Source: a virus (lineage: Duplodnaviria; Caudoviricetes). Taken from it: a DNA stretch of 64,000 nucleotides. Under the pieces are notes generated by a model that was not told where the DNA came from, did not search any database, and saw only the letters and a program-made list of their open reading frames with translations. How positions within the stretch are numbered: the stretch's first letter is position 1; each line of letters begins with the position of its first letter. Of this stretch, positions 18,843 through 27,464 are shown piece by piece. The position numbers were made by a program, and so were the translations under genes. Where the stretch lies: positions 1,750-65,749 of IMG/VR virus record IMGVR_UViG_3300043765_000163; one strand, given 5' to 3'.

Positions 18843-20716
18843 TTGAGATATCTTTCTGTAATCTTGGCTTCAGCTGATACGGGGCAACTAGCCAGCCAAG
18901 AAGGACTTATGCCCATTAAATCTTTGATTTGTGAAGCGGCAGCTTCTGCAATATGAATCGGAACTTCAGTGACCAGTTCATCATGAACACGCATTATGAT
19001 CCGGTACCCAGCTTGAGCGACATGCAAGCACGCTTCCATAAACACGTCTCTGGCAATGGCTTGCACGATATTTTCGCAAATCCGGCCACCGTACAGTTTT
19101 GTCCGGACCCGTTTGTCTCCACGACAGAGTTCTGCCGTCAACTCGCCGCTTTTGCTGTACTTGACCTTTTCATAACGGAGAATTCGGCCGGAGGGAAGCT
19201 CAACGCAGTATTCTTGGTTAACGCTTGCTTTAGCGGCATCATCGAGGTGTTTCCAAAACCGTGGGATTCGATAATTATCTTTCCGATAACCAGTTACGAG
19301 TAACCAGGAATTGGTCCATTCACGTTCCAGCTCCGGTGATCGGACACGCCATTTCTCAAGAGTGGGTTTATCTTTCTCGTATGCGTGCAGAAACTCGGCA
19401 AAAGCCGCCACATCGATTTTGGATACCGGAGCCGCAAATACCTTTGCGGCATCTTTACCCAGATACATGGGCAGGTAAGCCATGACATTGAATTTGCGCC
19501 AGCCGGCGCCGTAGCCGAGCGCCAGAACGCGCGCCTTGGCTAACCGGTACATTGGGTCTGTTTTTGGTAGAAACGGGCTGCAATAGCCCATTGTGGCCCG
19601 GCAATGGGCCTCGTAGGGGCTCATCCCACCCCGGATCAGGGCCAGCTGATCGTTATCTTTGACCAAGGTGAGCAAAATCCGCGCTTCGATCTGTTCTAGA
19701 TCAGCGATTACCAGCCGATGATCAGGCGGTGCGACGATTGCAGCGCGTAAATCCGCTCCGTAAAGCTCACCATGAGGCAAATTTTGCATGTTAACCCCTC
19801 CGGCACCGGAATCGCGACCGGTATGACTGCCCCAGTATTTGAGCTCGAATGGCATCCGGCCGTTGGCGCCCTGCCGAGATAGCATTTTGTCGATTTTTTT
19901 ATCTAATATGTTGCACCGGCGATAGTTACGCATGTGTTCAACCCACGGGTATTTACCCCGGTACATCTCCATCCAAGCGTCGCATTCCTCACTGGTTATG
20001 GCGAGACTGGTCGGTGGATTGATTGCTTCTTTTTCACAGCGTTTACGGAATTCAGCCATCGAGAGAGGCGGTTTCCACGGGATTCCATCAAGCGCGATCT
20101 CTTTCTGGCTGGATAAACTTTCGCGCGCTTCTTCCAAGTGGCTGGCATCAAGATAAACACCTTGCGCGCACATATTTAGCGTTAACAAGCTGAATGTGCG
20201 CTCTGTTTCCGGCCATTTGGAATAATTATTATTCCAGATTTCCCAGCACAGTTTGGCGTCGGCTAATGCGTACTGGATAACAGCTTCTTTCAGGTCACTG
20301 GGCAAAGTGATCCACTGCTTACCCCGCATTTTTTTGCGGATATCTTTGGAATGTTCAGCGCCTAAAAGCTGCCGGCTGGCACCATCTAAACCGCGTGGCG
20401 CACCTAAGTAGGCGGCAAGATTGGCGGTGCAGTTCCATTCTCTGGGCCGAACTTCTTTTGGAACAATTCCCTTTGCTTGGAGAAGACTGAAAACTTGGGC
20501 GTCGAAGTTGGCATTGTGACTGACAACGAGTCGGTCGTGTAAAAGGCTATAGTCGAAATTTCCGGGATCGGTTGCGATTGAGGTTCCGTTTCCATCGTAA
20601 GCAGTAATCAAATAAATTTCAGTTTGGGCGAGATACTCCGCTACACCCATCTTTTTAACGCTTAAACGGGTGTCATAATAAGTTTCAAAATCGACCGCGA
20701 TATGGTTGGGGGTCAC
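18839..20716 (-). CDS. polA: Family A DNA polymerase with 3'-5' exonuclease
   Basis: DFET and HNANFD exonuclease motifs; DLEQIEAR (motif A), KARVLALGYG (motif B), VHDEL (motif C). Confidence 0.95.
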   Translation of the reverse strand: MTPNHIAVDFETYYDTRLSVKKMGVAEYLAQTEIYLITAYDGNGTSIATDPGNFDYSLLHDRLVVSHNANFDAQVFSLLQAKGIVPKEVRPREWNCTANLAAYLGAPRGLDGASRQLLGAEHSKDIRKKMRGKQWITLPSDLKEAVIQYALADAKLCWEIWNNNYSKWPETERTFSLLTLNMCAQGVYLDASHLEEARESLSSQKEIALDGIPWKPPLSMAEFRKRCEKEAINPPTSLAITSEECDAWMEMYRGKYPWVEHMRNYRRCNILDKKIDKMLSRQGANGRMPFELKYWGSHTGRDSGAGGVNMQNLPHGELYGADLRAAIVAPPDHRLVIADLEQIEARILLTLVKDNDQLALIRGGMSPYEAHCRATMGYCSPFLPKTDPMYRLAKARVLALGYGAGWRKFNVMAYLPMYLGKDAAKVFAAPVSKIDVAAFAEFLHAYEKDKPTLEKWRVRSPELEREWTNSWLLVTGYRKDNYRIPRFWKHLDDAAKASVNQEYCVELPSGRILRYEKVKYSKSGELTAELCRGDKRVRTKLYGGRICENIVQAIARDVFMEACLHVAQAGYRIIMRVHDELVTEVPIHIAEAAASQIKDLMGISPSWLASCPVSAEAKITERYLK

Positions 20717-20949
20717 ATGCGTTTGGTTAGGTGCGCTTCAATTTGTTCTAGGCGATAATTGATTGCGGCGAGTTGTTGCATAGCCAGATTATGATTCATG
20801 ATCAAAACAGTCATGATTGCACCGCTGGCAACTTGGCTTGGATTATAGAGATTATTTAAAAGTCGGTTTTGTTCCCGGAAGAATTCGATATTGGTAGCAA
20901 TCGATCCTTTCCAGTTCAGGTTTGGAACTGTACCGTTTTCTTCACTCAT
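20713..20949 (-). CDS. Hypothetical protein
   Basis: 78 aa, coupled to neighbours. Confidence 0.6.
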   Translation of the reverse strand: MSEENGTVPNLNWKGSIATNIEFFREQNRLLNNLYNPSQVASGAIMTVLIMNHNLAMQQLAAINYRLEQIEAHLTKRM

Positions 20950-21488
20950 GGTTGTTCAAGCACCTCACCTTCTTCCTGAGTGCGGTCCGGTTCTTCTTTC
21001 TGTAGGAAAATTGGTTCTTGTTCACCTCCGGCTAGTTCGGTATCAGGCGGCAACTTGCTTAATGGAAAGAATTCATAAGCCATTGGGCTGATAACAAATT
21101 CAAGTGTTTCCTTGGCAGTTAACAATAGATCTTCCAAAACTAGATCTGGCAGATCCAATTGTTTGCGCAGAGCGTTAGTAAATGCTTCTCGATCCTGTTC
21201 AGCATTCATCTGAGTTAAACTAACAGTCTGGGCGCGGTCACTAACCTTGACATTGAATATCATGGTGATTAACCCGGAAATATTATAAAGCCCAGCTGAA
21301 TTAACGACAAAAAATCGGTAAACATGACGCCATTGATTCTGGTTCAGTTGTACCGAATCTTGAATATAGTTAATGACGTTTCGCGGCCCGGTTAACAGGC
21401 CGCGAAGCATTTGAATGGCTACGTCACGATTAAGTTTCAATGGTTCACTCCGAACCGAACCAGGCTGGCGTATTATAGTCGTTGGCAT
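20946..21488 (-). CDS. Hypothetical protein
   Basis: Likely start MPTTIIRQ at 21488; acidic tail. Confidence 0.6.
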   Translation of the reverse strand: MPTTIIRQPGSVRSEPLKLNRDVAIQMLRGLLTGPRNVINYIQDSVQLNQNQWRHVYRFFVVNSAGLYNISGLITMIFNVKVSDRAQTVSLTQMNAEQDREAFTNALRKQLDLPDLVLEDLLLTAKETLEFVISPMAYEFFPLSKLPPDTELAGGEQEPIFLQKEEPDRTQEEGEVLEQP

Positions 21489-21643
21489 CGTTATAGTGTA
21501 TGCCAAATGGCATATGCGATTCAATCTGAGAGAGCTTAGTCTGATCAGTGGCTAACTGATTTTTAAGCTCGGTTATAATGGCGTGTGTTTCGTTTAAAAC
21601 TTGATCGATAGAATAATTGTCCATGGTTGGGGCTTTCTAGTTT

Positions 21644-22411
21644 CTAGGGTAACAGTTCCTTGGTGAAATGAATTAATTCCGGCGCATTAAATCCGCCGGT
21701 TGAGAGTTTAAGAAAGTACCACGCGCCTTTGGCACCGGTTCGGCGTTCGATGCACATGTTCCAGCGCACACTGCGCAAACCCAGTTCGCGCACCTTGGGC
21801 GTGTCTAACGCGGTAAAAACATTTTTAGCCGCTTCATGCCAGCTGGTACCGGTTGCGAAAAATCCGGCTGCTAAATACCGGGTTCCATTATGGTCGTAAG
21901 GAAAATTCTGTTCAACGGCGTCACCGGTCATACCGATCGGCGTTGGAACCAGCAACAGCATTGGTGCCACCGGTTGAACCCATTTCTCACCGGCTGGGCT
22001 ATACTCAGTGCTAAAACCGGCAGCAACCGCTTCTTTGGCAGTGTTGAAAATCCGGGGCAGCGAAGTTGAACTTGGATCGTATTCCCGTTTTTCTTGGTAC
22101 ACTTTTTGGATTTTAACAACGATGACTCCTGGCAATACTGGGCCACGTTTTTCAGTTGATGGAAATCCCGGCAGAATAACGGTTTCACGGTTTAACACGA
22201 GTGAACCAAATCCTTTATCTTCACCGATGTTACCGGCTTTTTGACCGATATTAAGCCGGGGAAACTTTTTGTCCCGGGTAGTGATTTCTCCACTGACGTC
22301 GCTGTCCCAGAAGTTGCCGGGAACCAGATCTTCAGTTCCAGTTGGTTCAGATTGAGCGGTGATTTTTTCTTCATTCTCGAAGTTCAGGTTATCTAATGAT
22401 GTAGTAGGCAT
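21644..22411 (-). CDS. Putative single-stranded DNA-binding protein
   Basis: FPRLNIGQK motif and C-terminal GAWY; lies between the nuclease and polA, as SSB-like genes do in such modules. Confidence 0.55.
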   Translation of the reverse strand: MPTTSLDNLNFENEEKITAQSEPTGTEDLVPGNFWDSDVSGEITTRDKKFPRLNIGQKAGNIGEDKGFGSLVLNRETVILPGFPSTEKRGPVLPGVIVVKIQKVYQEKREYDPSSTSLPRIFNTAKEAVAAGFSTEYSPAGEKWVQPVAPMLLLVPTPIGMTGDAVEQNFPYDHNGTRYLAAGFFATGTSWHEAAKNVFTALDTPKVRELGLRSVRWNMCIERRTGAKGAWYFLKLSTGGFNAPELIHFTKELLP

Positions 22412-22416
22412 AACGC

Positions 22417-23527
22417 TTAGATTGCTTTGGTTCGCATTTGATATGTAGGTGGCCCTATCTCCAGAACATTTTCGTCCTGAAGATCCATGTTAAACTGTTC
22501 CTTTGTCCGATTCTTTTGCCCGGTCGGAGCAGCGTTCGCTACTTCTTTATCGAGCTTGGTTATCGAAACATCGCAACAATTTAAAAACGTGTTCAAGTCC
22601 CAGCCCTTTTCCTTTAGAAGTTCCCAGAGCCGTAACGGTCGCGTGACGCGTCGTTCACCGCGAATTTCGACCAGTTTAAAATGATCAAATTCATAACCCT
22701 CCCTGGCAAGCTGGGTCACATGAAATCGAAGACTGTCGTACCATTTTTCCAAGACTCTTCCCAGCAAAAAAGCCCGGTCCAGAGTTTGGATATTCGTAAT
22801 TTCACTGGGATGAATCGGCTCCGGAATTACCAGTTCTTGGTTGTAACGCGGAACGATCTGATTAGCGAACTCGCGCAACGCTGTACAATTGATTTTATTG
22901 GCGCAGAACCGGCATTGAAACCATCCTGGATTGTAGATTTTATCGGCTTCCAGCTTGGCGCGTTCAATGATCTTGAACACCTCGGTTTTCTGTTTTTCGT
23001 AATCATTTTCCCGGTCAAATAATGCGTGACTGACTTCATTTCGACGCGGAATGATTAGATGAGAATCGATTGAATCGACAAAATCAAACGTGTCCCAGAC
23101 GCCGACATTATAACCCCAGATTTGCAGATTGTTTTCAGCCGGATCAACTGAATATCGTCCGGTTTTTAAATCGAACAAAGTGGCATGTCGGGCACCGGGA
23201 AAAAGAATTAATCGATCCAGCCAACCCCATTGATCAAGAACTGTCACGCGCAGCTCTTTGTGCTCGTTGCAACTGATCAATTCGTAATCGTTTGATATGA
23301 TCGACATAAGCGAGTGCTTTTTTGACGAGGATTTTTTCTTCGTCAGTTTCCAGTTTAGACAAATCGCCGGTTTCAAATGCTTTATGCATGGCGGTGCCAC
23401 GCGCGGCGGTGATTTCGCCGGCTTCCTCGGTATCGCCCGGTTTCCAGCTTGGACACAGGGCGTAGTATTTCAGACTGGAGGGCGAGTAAGGCGCATGCTC
23501 CAGTTCAGGCGCATCTTCCGGATCCAT
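22417..23527 (-). pseudogene. Cas4-like / DUF2800 PD-(D/E)xK exonuclease split by a one-base frameshift
   Basis: The N-terminal half (HAPYSPSSL..CP..AARGTAMH) is in ORF 23234..23527; the catalytic half (GWLD, FDLKTG, NLQ, CRFC...C) is in ORF 22417..23400. Removing 1 nt gives a 369-aa protein. Confidence 0.75.
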
Positions 23528-23529
23528 AG

Positions 23530-23718
23530 TTAGAAAGTTCCATCAGTCCATGGTTCCGGTTTAGCCGCTTTACGTTTATTATAGCGTTGGATCAACCGAA
23601 TCGTTTTGAGAATAAGTTCCCAATCTTGATCGGTTGGAGGAATCGACGCGATAGTTTTATTAACGGCCGGAAGAGTTAATACGTATGGGCCTAAACCCAT
23701 GTGTAAGTCATTATTCAT
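23530..23718 (-). CDS. Hypothetical protein
   Basis: 62-aa ORF between the histone-like gene and the nuclease. Confidence 0.55.
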   Translation of the reverse strand: MNNDLHMGLGPYVLTLPAVNKTIASIPPTDQDWELILKTIRLIQRYNKRKAAKPEPWTDGTF

Positions 23719-23721
23719 GGG

Positions 23722-23940
23722 TTAAAAATCTTTGATTACTTTACCGATCGATGGATGGCGCCGAATGGCGCCGGCAATCGCCGCGTAAAGAAAGCGTTCA
23801 ACGGCATCGATAAAAACCGGGGAAACCCGGGTAAATTTCGGTTCACCATTAAAGGTGAAGCGTTCGGCCATTAGTTCCAGCGCTAATGCCTTGACCTGGT
23901 TATGTTTAACCAGACTTGTTCTAGGTGGTGCAGTTTGCAT
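23722..23940 (-). CDS. Putative histone-fold protein (72 aa from ATG 23940; the frame is open to 24312)
   Basis: SLVKHNQVKALALEL...FTRVSPVFIDAVERFLYAAIAGAIRRHPSIGKVI: helix 1, RVS loop, long helix 2, short tail, as in minimal prokaryotic and phage histones. Confidence 0.6.
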   Translation of the reverse strand: MQTAPPRTSLVKHNQVKALALELMAERFTFNGEPKFTRVSPVFIDAVERFLYAAIAGAIRRHPSIGKVIKDF

Positions 23941-24056
23941 TTCTTGTCTGATCTCTAGTTCGGGAACTGAAAATGGTGGAGCATCTGATGGTGGCGGTGG
24001 TCCATAGCTTTGAGCAATTGCGGCATATAATTCCGGATAATCCTCGCGTTTTAATG

Positions 24057-24515
24057 TCAGATCAGGTTTCGGTTCATTGCTTCCAACATCAAGAGCGCAT
24101 CGGCTGTCGCTAACGAGACTCCAATCGAAGGGTAGAGCTCCGACGCAAGTGTCTTCAGGTGATTTTTCCACTTCGGGCCGTACGACTGGCGGTTGCCCAC
24201 TGACAGGGCTTTCTGCCACTTCTGTGGGGTCACGAACCGCACCCGTTTGCCAAGCGTTAGTAGAATCCAGTAAGGAGCGGCCGCCACGTATCCGAATTGG
24301 AACATCGTCCATCCTTTTGCTTTCTCTTCGTCCCCGATAAAACCGCCGACCTTTTCAATCAGGGTATCATCCGGATTAATTGTTGTAATGAGCTCAACTG
24401 CTTCACGCGGCATTTTCGGCCAGCGTGCGGCTTGTGGGCCGTTCATGCCCATCCAAGCGAGTCCGCCGTTTTTTCCGGGGTCGATTGCTAAACGCGTATT
24501 GTTCTGGGTGCTCAT
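24057..24515 (-). CDS. RuvC-like Holliday junction resolvase
   Basis: LAIDPGKNGG, LIEKV, TPQKWQK and TADALL motifs. Confidence 0.85.
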   Translation of the reverse strand: MSTQNNTRLAIDPGKNGGLAWMGMNGPQAARWPKMPREAVELITTINPDDTLIEKVGGFIGDEEKAKGWTMFQFGYVAAAPYWILLTLGKRVRFVTPQKWQKALSVGNRQSYGPKWKNHLKTLASELYPSIGVSLATADALLMLEAMNRNLI

Positions 24516-24765
24516 CCATGTAAGCTTTCCAGCGTTTAAGTTCGCTTGCCATAATTACAACCCGGCCGCCGTTACGCCGGGCTTTTAATTGTGCCGGTCC
24601 ACTCAAAGATCGGTATAAATCAATTGAGCGTTCAGTTCGGCCAAGCCACTCGGCTACCTCTTCCCGGGTTAATTCTTGGTCCAGAGAAGTGATTTCGATC
24701 TGGTTTCCTCGTGGGCGTATGGAATACTCTCCGGAAGGCAGGGTCAAATGTACCATATCTTTCAT
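24403..24765 (-). CDS. Excisionase/AlpA-like winged HTH protein
   Basis: LTREEVAEWLGRTERSIDLY...LKA.R.GGRVVI..SELKRW. Confidence 0.7.
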   Translation of the reverse strand: MKDMVHLTLPSGEYSIRPRGNQIEITSLDQELTREEVAEWLGRTERSIDLYRSLSGPAQLKARRNGGRVVIMASELKRWKAYMDEHPEQYAFSNRPRKKRRTRLDGHERPTSRTLAENAA

Positions 24766-24828
24766 TTCTATCTTAATCGAAATTGGTGGTCTGTCAAGTA
24801 AATCTAACTACCTTACTACCAACGACTT

Positions 24829-26646
24829 ATGCAAGACCCTGGAATACAGTCCGAGGATGGGCGCTTGGTTAAGTACGGGCGCCGGTTTAAACCTGGCTTC
24901 GGTCATCTTGAGATTGAATTGTGCGCTTTCCGGGATGGATTCACTGAGGAATCCGGCGGTTTGGGTAAGTACAAGCATTTTATCAATGTGGTTCGGCACT
25001 TTTGGGGTAAGGATTCCAAACGGCCATTTCAATGGCATCCTTGGGCAATCCGGATGGCAGAGATTTCCAGCGAGCATAAATATGTAAGTTTGGCTGGTTG
25101 CGGCTCTAGTGGAAAGACAGATTTTTGTGCGCTTTGGGGGATTGTGAATTTCATCTGCGCGCCCCAAGATACGCTCGTACTGGTAACTTCAACCTCTCTA
25201 AAGGACAGCCGGCGGCGTATCTGGGGCGCGGTATGCGACTATTGGCGTGCCGTGCCAGGACTCCCAGGCAAGCTCGTAGATTCCGCCGGGCTTATCCGGT
25301 TTGAATACAACGGAAAAGTTTATTCGAGCGATCGGTGTGGGATCAGTTTGCTTGCGGGTGAAAAGAAGAAAGAGCGTGAGGCAATCGCCAAGCTGATCGG
25401 GATGAAGAACAAGCGAGTTTTCTTGCTGGCTGACGAGTTGCCAGAACTTTCCGAAGCCTTGATAACCGCAGCTGAATCCAATCTGGCGCTCAATCCATTT
25501 TTCCAGCTTATCGCCAGCGGGAACCCAAATTCCCTCTATGACCCGCACGGACTTCTTTCTGAACCAGAGGAAGGCTGGGGATCCATCACAGTTGAGGATG
25601 AGGAGTGGCGTACTAAACGGGGGTATTGCCTTCATTTTGATGCGCTTAAAAGTCCTAACTGGTTGGCCCAAGAGGACATATGGCCCATTGTCGGTGTTAA
25701 GCAGATTCGTGAAGCGCAAAATACTATGGACCAGAACTCATTGCAGTTCTGGCGCATGTTCAGAGGGTTCTGGAGCCCAGTCGGTGAGGAGACAGCCATT
25801 TTCGCTGAGAGTGACTTGATTAAGTTTAAGGCAGCTGAGACGCCAATCTGGGGCACTGAAAACCCTACCATTGTATCTGCTTTGGATCCTGGTTTTACAA
25901 ATGGCGGAGATAGAAGTGCTCAATGGATTGCTTATTATGGCCGGGATAGAGATGGAAGAATGGTGGTTTATTTCTCTGAGTTAATGATCTTGGAAGAGGA
26001 TGTCACTAATAAATCAGAACCACGGAATTTTCAGATAGCTCGAAAGTTTAGGGAGAATTGTGAACGGCGCGGAGTAACTCCATTTCATGCGGGGGTCGAT
26101 ACAACCGCAGGTGGACACGTATTTATCGATATCGTCCGCAAGATATGGCACCCAGATGTACTGGCAGTAAGCTTCAGCGGGCAACCCAGCGAGAATCCCG
26201 TCAGTATGTTCGGTTCGGAAACCGGTCGAGATCGGTATGAAAACCGGGTGAGCGAGCTCTGGGGCGTAGCTCATGAGTTTTTGCGCAATTCTCAGCTTAA
26301 AGGCGTGATTCCAGATTTAGCGCGCGAGTTGTGTGGCCGGCATTTTTCAACAGTTAAGCATGCTAACGGGTTGCGAATTCAGGTCGAGCCTAAAGAGGAC
26401 ATGAAACAACGCGCCCAAAAGAGCCCTGATATAGCTGATTCGGCTATGATTGTGATTGATCTTTGCCGGACTCGGTTAGGCGCCATTCCGGGTGGCGAAA
26501 AGGGCATACGTAAAATTGAAGCCGGCGCAATTGATGGGCAGCCACCTCCTCAGAATTTCATTCATCAGAAGATTCAACGTTTTGCCCGGATTCATGCGCC
26601 TCGGCTTCGTTATGGACAAGATCTTGCTTCCGGACGGTTTCGCTGA
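24829..26646 (+). CDS. terL: Terminase large subunit
   Basis: GCGSSGKT Walker A, LLADE Walker B, SGNP coupling motif; nuclease motifs ALDPG and KSPDIADS. Confidence 0.93.
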   Translation: MQDPGIQSEDGRLVKYGRRFKPGFGHLEIELCAFRDGFTEESGGLGKYKHFINVVRHFWGKDSKRPFQWHPWAIRMAEISSEHKYVSLAGCGSSGKTDFCALWGIVNFICAPQDTLVLVTSTSLKDSRRRIWGAVCDYWRAVPGLPGKLVDSAGLIRFEYNGKVYSSDRCGISLLAGEKKKEREAIAKLIGMKNKRVFLLADELPELSEALITAAESNLALNPFFQLIASGNPNSLYDPHGLLSEPEEGWGSITVEDEEWRTKRGYCLHFDALKSPNWLAQEDIWPIVGVKQIREAQNTMDQNSLQFWRMFRGFWSPVGEETAIFAESDLIKFKAAETPIWGTENPTIVSALDPGFTNGGDRSAQWIAYYGRDRDGRMVVYFSELMILEEDVTNKSEPRNFQIARKFRENCERRGVTPFHAGVDTTAGGHVFIDIVRKIWHPDVLAVSFSGQPSENPVSMFGSETGRDRYENRVSELWGVAHEFLRNSQLKGVIPDLARELCGRHFSTVKHANGLRIQVEPKEDMKQRAQKSPDIADSAMIVIDLCRTRLGAIPGGEKGIRKIEAGAIDGQPPPQNFIHQKIQRFARIHAPRLRYGQDLASGRFR

Positions 26647-26669
26647 TATTAACTGAATTCTCCCTAGAA

Positions 26670-27464
26670 ATGTTGATTGTTTTTCCTTTTTGCCAAGCTG
26701 ATTTCAAATTGGCGCATTCACTCGCCAAATACATGCAATATCTCGGGCCCTATAAACAACATGAATTGATGTTGGTTGCTCAGCCGGAGTTAAGCCAAGA
26801 TGCAGAAGAACTGGAAAAAATAATTGGTGACCAGTTTGCTCGGATTTTAAGGTTTACACCAAAAGTCGGAGTCCAGAAATGGCCGGTCGGTTCAAATCGG
26901 ATGTTTCATTCAGTGGCATATCATATTCAGCAAAATGTCGATGCGCCTTTTTGGTTTTTATTAGAGCCGGATAATATTCCGCTTAAACCGGGTTGGGCTA
27001 ATACTTTAGCCGAGGAGTATAAACGGACTAATCGCCCATTCATGGGAGTGGTACATGCGACTTGGTGGAGACGTGCGGATGGTACTTTTTATCAGGATGG
27101 AATTCATTTAAACGGTTCAGCTATTTATCCCAAAGATACACCACGTTATAGTCGGCTTTTTCATACTATTCCGGACACTAGTTATCCTTGGGATGTTTAT
27201 TGGCAGTGGGAAATGATTAAGTACGCTGCTGGAACTAACTTGATGCAGTTAGAATGGCGGTCATTTAATTTCCGGCGGGATAAAAAGACAGGTGAAATTA
27301 TAGGCGATAGAGCGCCTAATGTTTTTCCGGATCATATTGGGATCCCACGGGTGCGTCCGGATGCAGTCATTCTTCATGGCTGTAAAGATGGTTCCTTGAT
27401 GCAGATCATGCGTGGCTTTTTTACCTCGCGAAAAGAAGAACCTGAAGAACTAATCTCAACTTGA
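26670..27464 (+). CDS. Glycosyltransferase-like protein
   Basis: FLLEPDNIP (ExD), HLNGSAIY, PWD and late HGCKD motifs are reminiscent of GT-A fold enzymes. Confidence 0.5.
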   Translation: MLIVFPFCQADFKLAHSLAKYMQYLGPYKQHELMLVAQPELSQDAEELEKIIGDQFARILRFTPKVGVQKWPVGSNRMFHSVAYHIQQNVDAPFWFLLEPDNIPLKPGWANTLAEEYKRTNRPFMGVVHATWWRRADGTFYQDGIHLNGSAIYPKDTPRYSRLFHTIPDTSYPWDVYWQWEMIKYAAGTNLMQLEWRSFNFRRDKKTGEIIGDRAPNVFPDHIGIPRVRPDAVILHGCKDGSLMQIMRGFFTSRKEEPEELIST

